The notes under the pieces: model-generated
What the model saw: only the letters and a program-made list of their open reading frames with translations
Database searches by the model: none
Told to the model about the DNA's origin: nothing
Source of the DNA: Takakia lepidozioides
Taxonomy: Eukaryota > Plantae > Bryophyta
Direction of reading: 5' to 3'
Length of the DNA: 64,000 nucleotides
Assembly: GCA_030704615.1 (NCBI GenBank)
Contig: CM060733.1
Coordinates: forward strand, 30,318,001-30,382,000
Position numbers and translations under genes: made by a program
Part shown: positions 38,581 through 53,435 of the stretch, piece by piece
Layout of the letters: each line of letters opens with the position of its first letter
How positions within the stretch are numbered: position 1 is the stretch's first letter

Positions 38581-40660
38581 TAGCTAATGCTCGTTTTTAA
38601 ATTATAGATTCATGTAGGAAATAATAGTTTACGACTATCCTTCACTAGTTTAAGAGGCCCCAAAAACACAATAAAAGAAGAGCAGGCTCCTCTTGTTCTT
38701 CAATCTAGTCTCATTTCCTTGTTTTGGCCTCTTGCTTGTGTAGTTAGTTTTGAGCTTGAGGGAGCTAGTTCCTAAAGAGTTGAGCTTGTGACTCTCTAGT
38801 ATTAGAAGCAAGCATAGTGAGAGCAGGATAGTCCTAGCTCAAGGCCTTGTGGCCATTTGAGGCAAGAAGTAGAGGAAGCACTCCATGAAGTGGGAAACTT
38901 GATGACGAATATGAGTGCCGGAGGAGGACCAGGCTTGAGTACCATTCTACCGAGCGATTTAGTGCATCCCAAGCACCACTTGTTTCAGCACCATACATTC
39001 TTGACATTTGAATTCATTCATTTCATTTCATTTGTTGTTCAAGCTTTGTCTAAGAATGGACCTTATAAGCATTGTTTGCTAAAAATCTATAAAAACTAAA
39101 CCTCTTTCAAAGAGGATGTGTGTGCATCTCTATGTACATGTGTGAAGAGCACAGGTGTGAAGCCCCAAGAGACAGGGCCTTAGGAATCTAACCCAATTAC
39201 GTCATGGAAGTGAGGGTAGATGTCCATTATTATGTTTAAGGAGAGGGCGAGCTTGCATGAAGTGGCGAAGCTCTTGTCAAATTTCCCTTGATCAACCGTT
39301 AGTACTTTGTCTATCCTAGGCTGCAGCGGAAGAGAAAACCAAGAATAGACAATAAATTTGTGCATGAAACTTATTGTATTCTAGTGTTGATTTTGCCCAA
39401 GCACAGTAGGAAATATCATCCCTTTGGAGTTCATATGTCGTCTCGTTTCCTGCACTTCAATATCCTGGCATTCCATTTGCTGAAGAACGTTCAATGAGTG
39501 CCACTTAGTTAGTCTTGACCTGAAGAGATCAGTTATCATCTACTGATGCTTGGGTCATGACTAATGCATTTCTTAATACATGACATGCAAGGGAGTTATA
39601 TCTAGAAAGCTTCAGCTCTACTAATTATATGAGGTATGTGAACTATTGGCAATTTTACTTGCTTCATGGATCATACTTCTCTCCACTAGGCATTGCTATT
39701 GCATATAATTTTCTGATCTTAATATCAGTAAAGAGTTAGTCCATTAATCAGGGACCAAATCAGATTACTCTATGTCATATTTCTTGCCTCTACTCTATGC
39801 CTCTATAGTAAATCAGTTAATATAATACTAGTCTAGCTAATTGTTAAATCCATTTATCTATGCTGAAAACATCTTGCATATAATCTGATGATGTTATTAT
39901 TCTAAGTACAAACAGCCCTCATCATTGGTGCTAGTGAAGAAATAGATCCTAGTAATTCTATGAGATTAGTCTAGTACATAGTGAAAGAAATAAATAACAA
40001 AGCTTAGTCTAAATTCCCCATTCTCCCATGACCATGAGACTCCAAGGCATAGATCAAAATCATCACTATATATTCAGCCAAACAGGCCTAATACACCAGC
40101 CTACTCACTAGTTATGAAAACAACAAGGCACACTACATGCTTACACCTTCCTCGCTTCTCAATCCACTCCAAGTGTCATATGTAAACTGGTGCTATCTTC
40201 TTCCTAGAGCTCTCATTTATACGTGCTCACTCTCCTTCTTCACCACACAACACCACTGACTGCCCACATGGGCTCATAATATACTACAAACAGAGAATTT
40301 AAATCAGATTCTTCATCGTGGAATGTCATGACAAGGCCGGGTATTATCCCCCTTTGCCTTATCCCCACCTAAACATAAAATTGCGGCTACATTAATTCCT
40401 TATCTCCTCGATCTTAGTTTGGTCTCAGACCATCCCTTTGCCCATACGGTGCGCCGATCATAACTTAATTCGCCATTTTTAGGATTCAAATAGTCAACCT
40501 GTCAATTAAATTCCTTTGTCAAATTTTCATCCATGATTTCACTTTTCAACCCCTACTTCCATCCGTTGACAAACAGATGAATGTATTTCAAGATTTTGTT
40601 TTCATCCTCTTCTCCATCCGTTGTATGAATTTCACTTGTTTCTCCATCTGTTCTCCATTT

Positions 40661-41497
40661 TCATCCATAAGCACCATCCCACTGAAACACAAGATTAGGC
40701 CGGCCACGGAAAATCCACTCCACAACAGGTTGGAAGTTGCGAAGTGTCATGCAAGACCACACTGCCACCTCAAAGTGCGCAAAACACTTGTTCAAAAAAT
40801 CAATGCAGCCAGGCCTCATCAACACCATTTTACTGCCACAGGTTCTGCCAACAAAGCCATCTGGAATATACCCTACAGCACTACCAACATGTACGCACTC
40901 ACAAAGCAAGCCATCTACATCTAGAATCAGTAAATGTTTTGCACTGGTCGGATCTCTGTCCTTCTTCTTCAACAAATAATGGGGAGTGGTAGGGACAACC
41001 TGAGGGGAACCAAGATCAATTGCACAATCATCCCCCTTCATGCCCAGTGATTCTCCAGCTGCCTCTGAATCAAGGCATGCTACGTTTGACATGGGATCCA
41101 TGAAGCCAGACACAGGTAGGGATCCTTCAGCATGCCAGGTAATTTGTCTGCGTCCTCATTTCCCGTGCCATCGCAGGGGGAATTGCTCACCTGCAATTGA
41201 TCATGACAGACATGGGGGGGAGACAACACTGATGGAACTGCAGGGGGTGTCTCGAGGTTGTCCTCTAGGCGCCTGGATGTGCGAGCTGCGTCTATGCACT
41301 CGCTGGTTGCTGCAGATGTCCCCACAGCCGAAGACATTGATATAGAGATGCCAAACTTGTTGGCTATCGCTTTTTGGTAAAGCATCATCTGCGAGACACA
41401 AGCCTCCAAATCGATGATGTCTTCTCGCTGACTTGTGGTTTCTCTTCCTAGCTCCTCGACTTTGCGCACAATACTACAATAGCCCTCACTTGCCGCC
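40661..41497 (-). pseudogene. Coiled-coil + FCP1/NIF-like HAD phosphatase domain exon, frameshifted
   Basis: KHLLILDVDGLL...RPGCIDFLNKCFAHFEVAVWS, the FCP1-homology pattern. Acceptor TTGGCAG at ~41498. Confidence 0.7.
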
Positions 41498-42914
41498 TGC
41501 CAACAACAACACTATTGAATGAGAAAAAAAAAATCACCACAACCACGATGTTGCATGCAAATAAATGTTGTCATGAAGTGGAGGTTTAAGGGAATCCTGT
41601 GCAATCGAATGGATCCGCTCACACATCCTAATGGGTGCACACCATTGATATATGCAGACTCATTTGCAACTGAGTTGAGATTTACAAAGAACTCACCATT
41701 CTCTCTGATGTCATTGTTTTGCTCACAGACAACTCCTGGATGTCTTGCAGCTCGACTGATCGCCCGCAATGGGCTTCCTGCAAATCAGCCAGCAAAGTCA
41801 AAATGCAGCCACGTACTGAACGACAATTTACTAACATGACATGATATAACATCCTGAGACAATGAAAGCCTTCACGCAATGACACAAACCTACCATATCA
41901 AACTTGCAAGATGTCTAGGAGCATTCAAAAACCACCTAGACAGAGAGAGACCCTCTCATTTGGTACAAGACACTTTCTTTTCTTCTTTCATGCATGCCTT
42001 ATCCTGTCCCATAAGCTCTTTGAGCTTTCCAATGACGTTGTAAAGTATCCTGACATTTGGGTCAGATGTCAGCGCCAGCTGAAATACCAAATACCTTAAG
42101 ATGATCCACTCTATTTCGCAGAAGAAAGACCATCTTGTGAAACAAATCAAATACCTGCAATATCGAGCAAAAGAGATTCTCAATGAAACAAATATTAGGC
42201 AGGCAGCACTGAGCATGGTAGATGAAGGTGATTTGGAGGCTGAAGTGGCTAAGGGCAAGTTGGAAGCACATTAATTGTTCCAGCAAAATCAGGTTAGGCA
42301 TTAAACTTCCCTGAACGCGTCGGTCTGAAAAAGGCGAGGACCTTAAGGATGGCCTGAAGGGCCACTACAACAGATCGCGGTAGTTATGACTGCCAAACCG
42401 TGGTAGTCATGGTTTTCATGACTTTGACCATGACTGTACCTTGTTTTTATATGAAATTGACCTCCCGCAGTCGTTCATACGACTGTAGTCATAAATAGTC
42501 GTCTGTATGACTACATGGCTCCGGAATGGGCGGAAGATTGGTCAACGGCAATTGACCAGATTTAGCTCACCATTCATAGTCATTTCCATGACTACAATGT
42601 ACATGGATGAGGATACATAGTCATGATGACTGCTGGGGATTTTGTAATTTGGTGTGTATAATACAATTAAAACACCATATGATCATATGAATGACTAATG
42701 GGTGTATTGGTTAACAGGTAGTGAACTATAACTCTTATAGTAAAGAGGTTGCAGGTTCAAACTCTTCTAAGTACAATCAAATGGATAAGATGGCCCTAGG
42801 TGAGCTAGGGATAACACGTGGTACCCTAGATGGATTGCCACGTGGTTTTTTCATTATTATAAAATGCATTATGCCACATGGCACAACGCGGTGCGACGCG
42901 GCATTTGACATATG

Positions 42915-42946
<32 letters not shown>

Positions 42947-43011
42947 TTGTAAATCAATTGCTTCTCGCCACGTGGCACGGCAGCGGCGGCTGCAGTATGC
43001 TATATATGACT

Positions 43012-44064
43012 TATCGCGCGGCTTTTACTCACCCATCCCTTCGCTATCCGAGGCGGAAACTCCAAGATAGAAGAGTTGGAAATCTCTAAGTACTCAGCCC
43101 GCTCAGAACAATCAGTCATGACCTACAGCTAGTGTATCATGGGGGTGTTTCCTATTTGTTTTCATTTCCGCATTCATGTTAGCTACCTGGTTATTGATAA
43201 TTAAGTATCAGTTTGCTTCATCAATCTATCGGATTCTATCAACTCATCCATTCATTCCACAGCTTCACTCAGATCTCTCTACACAGTGTGATTGTATCGT
43301 ATAAGTATCAGATTATGATTTATCAGGTATCAGGCCGAAGCCATTGTGTCTCATATCTGTTCTACAATATCACTACAGCTTTGCATATAACAAGCATCTA
43401 CTAATCATCTCTCCTCCTTCACCGTGCTCTCCATGCTTGCTTCCGTTCCTGCTCTCCGCCCGATCCCCTCTCATGCATGACCAAGAAGTCCTCCCCCTCA
43501 AGTGCTTCCAAGAATCCCCCTTCTCAGTCCTTGCTTCTCCCTTTATCTTCTTACCCGTGGCTCTAACCGTTTCCCTCACTAACCGTCGTCCGTGAACTAA
43601 CATGTTCCATTAGCAGGTGTTGTTCCCCACAGTCATTCCCTGTCCTGCTCTCCGTTCCCTATGGTCGTGACAGTTGTGTCAAGCTGTGACTGGCTGTGCG
43701 ACTGTGTTTGGCTGTGTCGGGCTGAGACTGGCTGTGTGGCTGTGTCGGCTGAGACTGGCTGTGTGGCTGTGTCGGCTGTGACGGGCTGTGTTGGCTGTGA
43801 TGGCTATGTCGGGCTGTGACGAGCTGTGCTGACTGTGTCTGGCTGTGTCGGCTGTGACGGGCTGTGTTGCTGTGTCGGCTGTGACGACTATGACGGGCTG
43901 TGTTGGCTGTGACGGGCTGTGTTGGACTGTGACGGACTGTGTAACCCCCCTTTACAGTGCGTTGTTGTCACCCCTAAGGCTCCTGTTGGTCTCAGTCTGT
44001 GCAAAAATTAAGGGTACCCTACAGATCCCGTATAAGTGTCTAAGTCCCAGACAGTCCTCTAACA
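43012..44064 (-). repeat. 3' LTR with internal GGCTGTG(AC) repeats
   Basis: Near-identical to 59786-60757. Confidence 0.9.
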
Positions 44065-44102
44065 TTACCCCTTCCCCTCTCAAAAAACCGTGTCCTCACG
44101 GT

Positions 44103-45297
44103 TTACTGATTGCGATTAGCAAACCTTTGTGAGTGAGCACCTTTCTGACGTTGAGAGTTTCGTGGCGGACTGTGTGTACGAGCCCGAGGTCTGTCACTGG
44201 TTGACGGAGATGTTTGAACACTACCCGGATAAGTGAGGCCCTCTGGAGGCTGATATTGAGGTAACCTTTCAGGCATAGGAGACCCCCGTCGCTTCTTCTC
44301 TGCCATCTGAATTGCATAGTCTTCTCCCATGTCAAAAGAATTCGCTGAAGAAACAGTTGTATCAGAATCCTCATCGCCTCTCAGGTGTTTTAATTGTCGA
44401 ACTTTTTGTGGAATCCTCTGGGGCATACAATGTTGTCCTACCATGTCTGGAAGTTTATATTTTACAACTTGCTGTAAACGCTGAACAGCAAAATTGGTGA
44501 AGACACTGAGCTCCTTGTCTGTCCATCAAGTATGCTAGAATCAAGAATTATTTGAGCAATGATTGGGCCAGACACTATGATAGGAGACTTTGCGGTAGTA
44601 CCTTGTAATCTTTTCATCTCCTCTACCAGTGCGTTGTACATTATGTCCGCCCATTCTACCTCTTGTCCTTTCAGGGCTTTGAGTATTTCCTCCGTGAAGG
44701 ATCTGCTCAAATACTGTTGGTTCTGTTTCATGGCAATCAGAACGTTCAATACCTAGCCTACCTCCTTTAGCCCTGGGTACACGGCCTTGATACAAGCATA
44801 ACCCTGAGTTTTAAAGAAACTCCCTTCTTGGAATAAGTCCCCTATTTGCAGTCTTGCCCTGTGCTCCTCCACATGCACCTGACCTGCTGGCAATCGAAAC
44901 AATTGCTGGAGGTATAGGGGAGTAATTACTAATTGAACTCCCTTCACCGTTGTTGTTCCTGTCCTTGGCTCAAAGTTCTGCAAGAATTGTAACATGTACT
45001 GTCTATGGTGCAATGTCCAATCTATGCTTTGCAATCCTTGCAATCTATGCTTTGCAATCCTTGCAATCTCAGCTCCTTCAGTATTTGTATCGCCTGTGGG
45101 GTAGCAATCGTTTGTTTCTGCAGAATTGTGGTGCTCTTCACCCTGATTTCCTCCATTCCTCTCACTCTCTTCATTTTAGATCCACAGAAATGTTTTGGCT
45201 GTAACAACTGCAAAAATGCCTGTAGTGCACAAAGCATAAATGTATGGTTGCCACAAAAAGCTATGGGTAATTTCTTGTAAGCCTGCGGGGCTTGCAA
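44103..45297 (-). pseudogene. Extra ORF between integrase and 3'LTR (plant-transposon-protein-like), broken
   Basis: Consecutive ORFs 45022..45297, 44753..45043 (FLQNF..TVKGVQLVITP..LFRLP), 44462..44749 and 44103..44444. Confidence 0.5.
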
Positions 45298-45884
45298 GCA
45301 TCGATCAAGAGAAAAGCTCCGCTTTGTTCTTTCGTGTCTATGTCACTGCGTAAGTAATATTGCGAGCGTATAGTCTGTTAGTTCCTCCATAGTTTCCAAG
45401 CTATAGCATTGATGGTCTGTCCCGTCGAGACGCCCGTTACTCAGAACGACGCCGCCTCTTGCGCTTAATTTCCCTCCAATTTCTTGATCCTTTCTCTGGC
45501 TTTCTATTGGCTGTAACCGCTGTGACTGGATTTAGATTTCATTTTCTTTAGTGGACTTTCCCTGCTGGATAGTCCACTAGGATCACATATGTGACAAGAA
45601 TTTCGTTTTTCTGTACTTGTCGTTTGTTCCGTTCCCCTTTTTCCGTATTCATTAATGGGCCCGCCTTTCATCCAATTTGACGCGCTGATTAGGTATTTTG
45701 ACGGTCATTCTTGTCCTCTTTCTTGATGACACCTGTTCTTGCACTTCCTTCTCAGCTGTGTGTCGCGCCCTGACTTCCACGTGTCTATTTTTAAACTGGT
45801 TTCCGTCTTTTCTTCCGTCAGCCATTTTCCTGAAGTTATTGTGCGCCCACCTGTCACTGATTCTATGGATCGTGTAATCCTAGT

Positions 45885-46080
45885 AGGCTGTGTCATACTG
45901 TGGTATGCTGTGATAGGCTGTGATGCACTGTGGTTAGCTGTGATAGGCTGTGACACGCGGTGGTAGGTTGTGATAGGCTGTGTTGCGCCGTGCTGGGCTG
46001 TGATAGGCTGTGTCACGTTGTGATGGACTGTGATAGGCTGTGTTTCGTCTTGATAGGCTATGATAGGCTGTGTCACGCTT
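45885..46080. repeat. 30-bp tandem repeat (TGTGATAGGCTGTG core)
   Basis: About 6 units at the end of the integrase ORF. Confidence 0.8.
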
Positions 46081-47222
46081 ATTCTGCCCGCCCTGGTCAT
46101 ATATGCTTGGCCTAGTGACAAGTGCTCCATACTCCGTTGGTAACACTGGTGCAGTCCGTGTCTGCTCTTGCGTTTCAACATGCAAATCATGCTGCAATGG
46201 TTTGTCATGGATACCACTGTACCCCTTCAACTTATTGGCATTGACTCTTCCCAACATCTCTTTGTTAATGGTTTGTAACATGGCGGTGTTGTTATCATAC
46301 ATCTTTTGTATGACATAAGGTCCTTTCCATGGTGATTTAAGCTTAGAAGCTTTAATTTTTCCCTTCTTCTGCAACCATAGAACCAAATCTCTCGTCTTAA
46401 AAGTTTTTAACTTGTTTTCGTCAAACTGTTCCTTCCTCTTCATCTGAATTCTGGTCATATTATCAGCTGCATCAGCACGTACTTCTTCCACATGGTATAA
46501 TTCATGTTTCCTGACCTTAATGGAATCTTGCAATTCCATTCTCTTTCCCCACTCCGTTCTCATGGTAGGTAACAGGAATTCCACTGGAAGTAAGGCTTAC
46601 ATACCATAAACTAATTGGAATGGTGTATACTTAGTGGTGACTTTATATGAAGTCATGTATGACCACAAAGCTGTCAACAGCTTTGTATCCCAATCCGTTC
46701 TGTTTGCATTGACTATCTTAGCCAAGATAGTACATAGTATTTTGTTGGTAGCCTCTGCCTGCCCATTACCCTGTGGGTAATATGTTGTACTCTTTCTATG
46801 CACAATCATAAACTCTTAAGTCAACAACTCAATGGTCTCATTCATGAAGTGACTTCCCTGATCACTGATAAATTCTAAGGGACAGCCAAATCGTGTAAGT
46901 ATGTTCTCGTACAGGAACCTTGCTGTGGACTTGGCTATGTTGTCCCTCAAAGCTTTAGCTTCCACCCACTTCGTAGTATAATCAGTGGCTGTAATTATGT
47001 ACCTGTTCCGTGTATTCTTGGCTGGTGAGTTAATCGGTCCAACAAAGTCTAGTCCCCATTTCTGAAATGGTTCCGTAGGCATTGTAGGATGCAAGGCCAT
47101 CCTTCCAGATCTCTGCAAAGGTCCTAGCCTCTGACATTCATCACAACTCTGACAATACTCGTGTACATCTTTGAACAAAGTAGGCCACCAGTAACCTGCG
47201 AGTAGTATCTTCCTACTGATAG
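45934..47222 (-). pseudogene. Gypsy integrase with GPY/F motif
   Basis: WGLDFVGP, SDQGSHF, GNGQAEATNK, WKGPY. Confidence 0.9.
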
Positions 47223-48879
47223 TGTCGCGCACCTCACTCCGGTAAGCTCCCCTTCAAGTCATAGTTACTCGCTTTGATGCGCGCGCCTGACTCCCAACCT
47301 GGCCGCCCGGGCCAACTTGGAGCTTCGGCTGCTCACCGGGACATAACGGTCCCCCCTTCGCTTCCCTCTAAACCCTCCACCTCTTTGGGACTAGGAGAAT
47401 TCCCTTTGGTAGATGGCAGTCCGGAACAGCTCCCCACTCTTTGGTCGCTTTCCGGCTCGCTCGCTTACTCACTAGTTTTTTGGTCACCAACGGGCTTGCA
47501 CCGTTCTCGGGGTTACTACTCCCTATATATACTTCTGTAGCTGTCCGCGGGGGTTTCATAACCAGCCATGCCATTTTATGGCGAACCACCACGAAAACCC
47601 TCGACTCCCGGTGGTGAGTCGCGGTGAGTCTTGGCCCACTCACCGCGGCCCCAATGGACCGTGATGAGTCCCAAGACTCCCCACGACTCCCACCACGAGG
47701 TCTCCGCCCCCACGGTGAGTCCTATGCCACCCCCACTAAGTCCCACTAAGCTACCACCACCCCTTGTGGAGCCAACCCCACCGCTTGTGGAGCCACCCCC
47801 ACCGCAACCCGGTGTGCGGGGCTCCACCTAGTGAGCGCCTCCGCTTCCCTGAGTGCCTTGGGCACTCAAGGGTGCCTCAGCCCCCCCCATACCTATCGCT
47901 GCCGCTGCCCCCACCACAGGGGCAGCCCCTGATGTGTCCCGACCCCCTGCCCTCAAGGCAAAGGGCCGCGACACACACCCCTACCAACAGGGAGTCGATG
48001 TCCTCATCGACTTGTCCATTTTGTAGAAACGAACATCCAAGTTGTGGCGTCCCACATCAAGGAGTTTGTTTCCGTACCATGGCGTCCCATGGCAAAGAAC
48101 CAAACCCCACACTTGACTCCACTCTCCACTAGCTAGTTCGGCCGACTTCCTCCAAGTCCCGGCCAAGGGTGGAGCCTCTCCAGCTCCTCCCAGTGCACTC
48201 TTCTTGGCCTACTTCAATGCCAAGGAACGATCCTTCCCGAGGATCGAATCGCCTTACTGCAACAACATTGCTTGCGATCGCTCATGATGCCGCTTTTGGC
48301 ATCACCTTGAGCAAGGGTTCACCTGGAACCCTCTTTGACTAGGAAGATAACCTTGAACCAACCGTGCGCCCCAATCACTACAATTGGGTCCGCCTTGGAA
48401 TGCTGGCCTGAGGTACGGGAACACGCCGAAGCCGCACTACGACTTCGTCCCGAGGCTACACGATTATAGTACGTGAACGGAAGCACGTAGCTTCCGCGTT
48501 AGCCCGCACTACAAGGCAACCCCCTCGGTAGCGCAGTTATAGTACGCGCACGCGCCAGGTGCGCACTAGCACTTGAACTCCCAAATAAGGCGCAAGTTTC
48601 CTTGCCCCTTGGATGGGAGTCACCCGATTTCGGCACTGCGCAAACACACGATTAACCCAATTTACCTCTCCCACTTTTGTAAGCTAGCATGCATTCTACA
48701 CACCAGCCAACCACACCATGCATCACCATTCCAAACACAATAGGACGCACAATATTTGGAACCCATTTCCTTTATCACAAATTTTTGTACAATACAAGTT
48801 TTTGCAATCGGATTCCTGAGCTAGCTAAACCGGGCTAAGCATGCATTTCCTCCCCCACGCTCCAAGGTTGATGTCCCCA

Positions 48880-50502
48880 TCAACGCTTCTTCCGCTTTTG
48901 AGGTCGCCCTTCGAACGCTGCAACTGCCTCGGATGCGTTTCCCATTTCTGAGGCACGCACCCAAGATGCCTCCACAAGATGATAGCCCTTCCATTTGACG
49001 AGATACTCCGTTTCTCGGTTCTTGAACCTCCTCGACTTAAGTATTGCCTCCACCTCGTACTCGGGTTCATTTTCATGATCCAACAGCATAGGTGGCGGAC
49101 GCAACACTTGCTGCCGATTCGGACGTGCTTCATCTTTGAAGTAAGGCTTCAAAAGGGAGACATGGAATACTGGGTGCACCTTGCTGTTTGCTGGCAGCTC
49201 CAATTCATACACATCCTCATTCATAACCCTCCGAATGCGAAAGGGACCCGCATACGGAGGTACGAACTTCGGACTCATTTCCGGAGGTAGTCGAAAATTC
49301 TTGATGTTCAACCAGACCTCTGTGCCTGCCTCAAACTTCACTTCCCTCCGCTTCCGATTCGCCTGCCTTTCATACCGTTTCCTAGCTTTGGCAATGTTGT
49401 ACTTTGCGAGCTTCAACAAACGCTCGCGTTCTTCCAGTACCGCCGCTACTGCCGGTTCCTCAACGTCCTGGGCGGCCCAACTTGTCGGCACCAGAGGTGC
49501 TTTTCCATAGACCAACACAAAAGGGGAAACTCCCGTCGCGGAGTGTTCTGTGTTATTATAACAGAACTCTGCCGCGTCTAAGTGTTCCATCCAGTCTGAT
49601 TGGTCTGCCGACACGTAATTCCGCAAGAATTGCTTCACTACGGAATTCACTCTTTCCGTTTGGCCGTCCGTCGTAGGTCGGAAGGCGGTGCTCATCTTCA
49701 GCCTCGTCCCCATCTTCTTCCAAAGTGCTCTCCAGAATTTACTCGTAAACTTTGGGTCGCGGTCCGAGACAATATCCTTCGGGACTCCATGATGCTTTAA
49801 GACGTGGGCGAAGTAAAGTCGCCCTGTCTCCTGCGCAGTTGCCGTCTCCTTGGTGGGGATGAAATGGGCCATTTTACTGAACCTATCTACCACCACCATG
49901 ATTGCATCGAATCCTTTTGACAGCGGCATAGCAGTCATGAAATCCATCGAGACGCTTTCCCAAGTCCCCTCTGGAATCGGCAAGGGTTGTAACAGCCCCG
50001 CTTGCTTTTTATACTCGCTCCGGTTTTGTTGGCATGTGGTGCATGTCTTTACATACTCCTCTGCCTCCTCCCTCAGTTTGGGCCAGAAATACTCTTTCTT
50101 CAAGAGTGCCGCAGTGCGCTTGGCTCCACCGTGGCCCGCAAGCGGGCTATCATGGCATTCTCTCAAGAGACTATCCCTGATCCCTCCCTTTGGCACATAG
50201 AGACGTTTTTGCTTATACCGGAGCAGTCCGTTTTGCAAGTGGAACTGCGATTTAACCCCCATTCTCAAGTTCTGCATCACGCACTTTGCCAGCTCATCCT
50301 TCCGGCAAGCCTTCCGGATCTTCCTTTGGAGCGCCGTCTCGCCCTTGTACACCAACAAGAGCTGCTGCTTTCTACTTAAAGCATCGGCCACCACATTGTC
50401 CCGTCCCGGTTTGTACTGGATATCCACGTCGAACACTGCCAAAGTATCTTGCCACCTAAGTTGTTTTGGGGACAACTTGGGCTGCGTGGCAAAATACTTC
50501 AC
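48880..50502 (-). CDS. Gypsy integrase + chromodomain
   Basis: [42 protein letters not shown]. Confidence 0.93.
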   Translation of the reverse strand: MKYFATQPKLSPKQLRWQDTLAVFDVDIQYKPGRDNVVADALSRKQQLLLVYKGETALQRKIRKACRKDELAKCVMQNLRMGVKSQFHLQNGLLRYKQKRLYVPKGGIRDSLLRECHDSPLAGHGGAKRTAALLKKEYFWPKLREEAEEYVKTCTTCQQNRSEYKKQAGLLQPLPIPEGTWESVSMDFMTAMPLSKGFDAIMVVVDRFSKMAHFIPTKETATAQETGRLYFAHVLKHHGVPKDIVSDRDPKFTSKFWRALWKKMGTRLKMSTAFRPTTDGQTERVNSVVKQFLRNYVSADQSDWMEHLDAAEFCYNNTEHSATGVSPFVLVYGKAPLVPTSWAAQDVEEPAVAAVLEERERLLKLAKYNIAKARKRYERQANRKRREVKFEAGTEVWLNIKNFRLPPEMSPKFVPPYAGPFRIRRVMNEDVYELELPANSKVHPVFHVSLLKPYFKDEARPNRQQVLRPPPMLLDHENEPEYEVEAILKSRRFKNRETEYLVKWKGYHLVEASWVRASEMGNASEAVAAFEGRPQKRKKR

Positions 50503-51482
50503 CGTGACATTGTCCGTAACACCTTCACTGGGTTGGAACCAACATAGTGGCGCCAGAGTTCAAGGCAATGTACCACCGCCTTCATCTCTTTTTCGTGCGT
50601 CGGCCACCGTCGCTCCACTTCATTCAGTTTCTTACTTTCGTAAGCCACTGGACGTCCATCTTGCATAAGTACACCCCCAATTGCGAAGTCCGATGCATCT
50701 GTATGAATCTCAAACGGACGATCGAACTCCGGGATTTTTAAGACTGGAGCTTCCGTCATCCGCTGCTTCAATTCAGCAAAAGCTTGGCCACAAAATGTGT
50801 TCCATACCCAGACTTTGGATTTACACAGAAGGTCCGACAGCGGCCCCGCGATCTTGGCGAAATTTCTCACATACTTCCGGTAATAGGAGGCGAGTCCTAG
50901 GAAGGATCGCACTCCCGGGACCGAAGTCGGAGGCTCCCAGTCCAAGATCGCCCTCACCTTTCTGTCATCCATTTTGATCCCATCCTGTGTAATCACGTGC
51001 CCCAAGAACTCCACTTTTGTGACCCCGAATTCGCACTTTGAAGCTTTGGCATACAGCTTCCCTTCTCGCAATTTTTGGAACACCCTTTTGAGGTGCTCCA
51101 GGTGCTCCTCCTTTGTTTTCGAGTACACCAAGATGTCGTCGATGTACACGATCACAAAGTCATCCAACCACTCCTGGAAAAGGCTGTTCATCAGCGTGCT
51201 AAATGTCGCTGGTGCATTGGTGAGCCCAAAAGGCATCACCAAGAACTCATATGAACCATACCTTGTCCTGCACGCGGTCTTCTCCTCATCTCCTTCCGCC
51301 ACCCGAATTTGGTGATAGCCGGAGCGCAAGTCGATCCGGCTGAAATACTTCGCTCCTGCCAACCGATCGAAGAGGTCGTCGATCCTTGGCAAAGGGTACC
51401 GGTTTTTGATAGTCACCTTATTCAGAGCCCTGTAATCGACACACATCCGCAGCGTCCCATCCTTCTTGTCTGCAAATAGCAC
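50499..51482 (-). CDS. Gypsy reverse transcriptase / RNase H
   Basis: [26 protein letters not shown]. Confidence 0.93.
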   Translation of the reverse strand: MLFADKKDGTLRMCVDYRALNKVTIKNRYPLPRIDDLFDRLAGAKYFSRIDLRSGYHQIRVAEGDEEKTACRTRYGSYEFLVMPFGLTNAPATFSTLMNSLFQEWLDDFVIVYIDDILVYSKTKEEHLEHLKRVFQKLREGKLYAKASKCEFGVTKVEFLGHVITQDGIKMDDRKVRAILDWEPPTSVPGVRSFLGLASYYRKYVRNFAKIAGPLSDLLCKSKVWVWNTFCGQAFAELKQRMTEAPVLKIPEFDRPFEIHTDASDFAIGGVLMQDGRPVAYESKKLNEVERRWPTHEKEMKAVVHCLELWRHYVGSNPVKVLRTMSR

Positions 51483-51573
51483 CGGGCTCCGTAAGGTGAC
51501 TTACTCGGCCGGATGTACCCCTTTGACATTAGATCCTTGAGCTGAGTCTTCAGCTCGACCAACTCTCTGTGGC

Positions 51574-53435
51574 TCAACCGGTAGGGCGCCTTGGCAGGCG
51601 GTCCGATCCCGGTATCACCTCAATCTTGTGGTCAACTCCTCTTCGCGGTGGCAAGCCGCTTGGTAAATCCTCCGGCATCACATCCTGGTATTTCTCCAAA
51701 ATCCCCTTGATCCAATCTGGGCTCGGCTCCCCATCGCCTTCTCCTTTCACTTCTCTAATGTAAAGCAAAAACTGGGACTCGTGTGTCTCCTCCACGGCCC
51801 ACTCCTTTGCTGATAGAAGGTTTATTCGCCCTCCCACGGATTTGGGCGTTTCCGACACTCGTAAAACCTCGCCACCATTCCCACATGGCAGCGTGACTAC
51901 TCTCTTGCGGCCATCTATGACCGCTCCGGATTTGCTCAAAAAGGTCATTCCCAAAATGAGATCCACTCCATCGATCTCGCAGATAGTGAAGTTCTCACGT
52001 CCCTCCCAACTCCCCAGTTGAAGAGGAACATCAAACGCCAACCTTGTCGCCAACTGAGGTTCTCCTTTGGCAGAGCGCACCTCAATAGAGGCCCCCACGT
52101 CACTTGTCGGGAGTCCCAACTTTCGCGCCGCCGCCGGCGTCATGAAGGAGTGCGACGCTCCTGTGTCCACCAACAACGACACATTAGTTCCGGATATTAT
52201 CCCATCCACGAACAATAACTGACTCCCTTTTCGTAAGGCGCCAGTTTCCTGATACAACTCACAAGAAAATTTGCCTACCTTGCAAGTCCTGGCGACCACC
52301 GCTTCCACCAAGCGACTGATGGTATCTTCCGACAGCTCCGTGGTCGCCCGAGTCATGTTCAATTGCCGGGGCTTCGTGCACTTCTTGGCCATGTGCCCGG
52401 GCTCCCCGCAATTGAAACACACTCCATCAAAGGTCGCCTTCTGTCCGCCATAAGTCGCTCCACCCGCTTTTCCTTTCGAAGCACCGGGTGCCGCCTTGAC
52501 GTGTGAAGGACCTCCCTTCGATTTCCACGTGCCATTTTCGCCGCGTGGCCTATCCCACTTCTTTTCCGGTCGGGAGGAGTCACCTTCCCGCCGGGTCTTC
52601 TTGTGGTTCAGCTCCGTACGGCCTTGTCTCTCACCCCTAGGGACATCCGAGAAACATTCAGCTCTCTCAATTGCCTCGTTCAAAGTCTTGGGTGGCTTCT
52701 CCTCCAACTTCCGCCTAGCCCATGGGGCCAGTCCCGCCACAAAGTTGAAGACCATTTCTGGTTCTGCCATGTCCGCGACTTCGAGCAACAGCACATTGAA
52801 AGCCTGGACATACCCCCGAATGTCATCTGTTTGCTTCAAATTCCTCATCTTGTCCCGGGCAAGCCAGGATGCGTTGAGGGGCACAAACTGTCTCTTCATC
52901 AATTCCTTGAACTCACTCCAGTTCAAGGTTTCCGGGCTTGGGCCTCGGTCGTGAAGGCGTTTCTGCCACCATTGTTGAGCATAGCCCCTCAAATAGGTGG
53001 GAGCCACTTCCACCCGATCCTCGTCACTCAACTTGGCCGCCCGGAAGTACTGCTCTAGCTCCAGGAGCCAGGTGTTGAGTGCCTTCCGGTTTCGAACGCC
53101 CTCGAAGGTGCCGGGTTCCTTAGGCTTCACCTTAAACTTTGCCTTGGTGGAAGTGGCATTAGCCGCCTTCAACACGTCTTTCAACGTCCCGCCAAACTGC
53201 GCCAACAACCCTTCCCAAAGGCTGCCGGCATGGGAGGCATCTCTTGGTTTGTCGGAGCTCTCAAAGATTCCTCGGGCTCCGACTCCTCGGATTCCTCCCG
53301 CTCCTGAGCGGCCTCGTTTTCGGAAACATTAATCGCTTCCTCAAACGGCCGCCTCGGTGACACGTCGCCCCCATCGGGCTCACCGGGATCATCATCTTTT
53401 GGGCCGTTCCGCTTTCGCTTCGGCTTGCCCGACCC
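51574..53435 (-). CDS. Gypsy gag (CCHC) + aspartic protease
   Basis: [22 protein letters not shown]; frameshift near 53220. Confidence 0.9.

Noticed and set aside
38630-40200. Possible LTR or internal remnant of another retroelement
   Set aside because: No partner LTR, TSD or coding motif to support boundaries.
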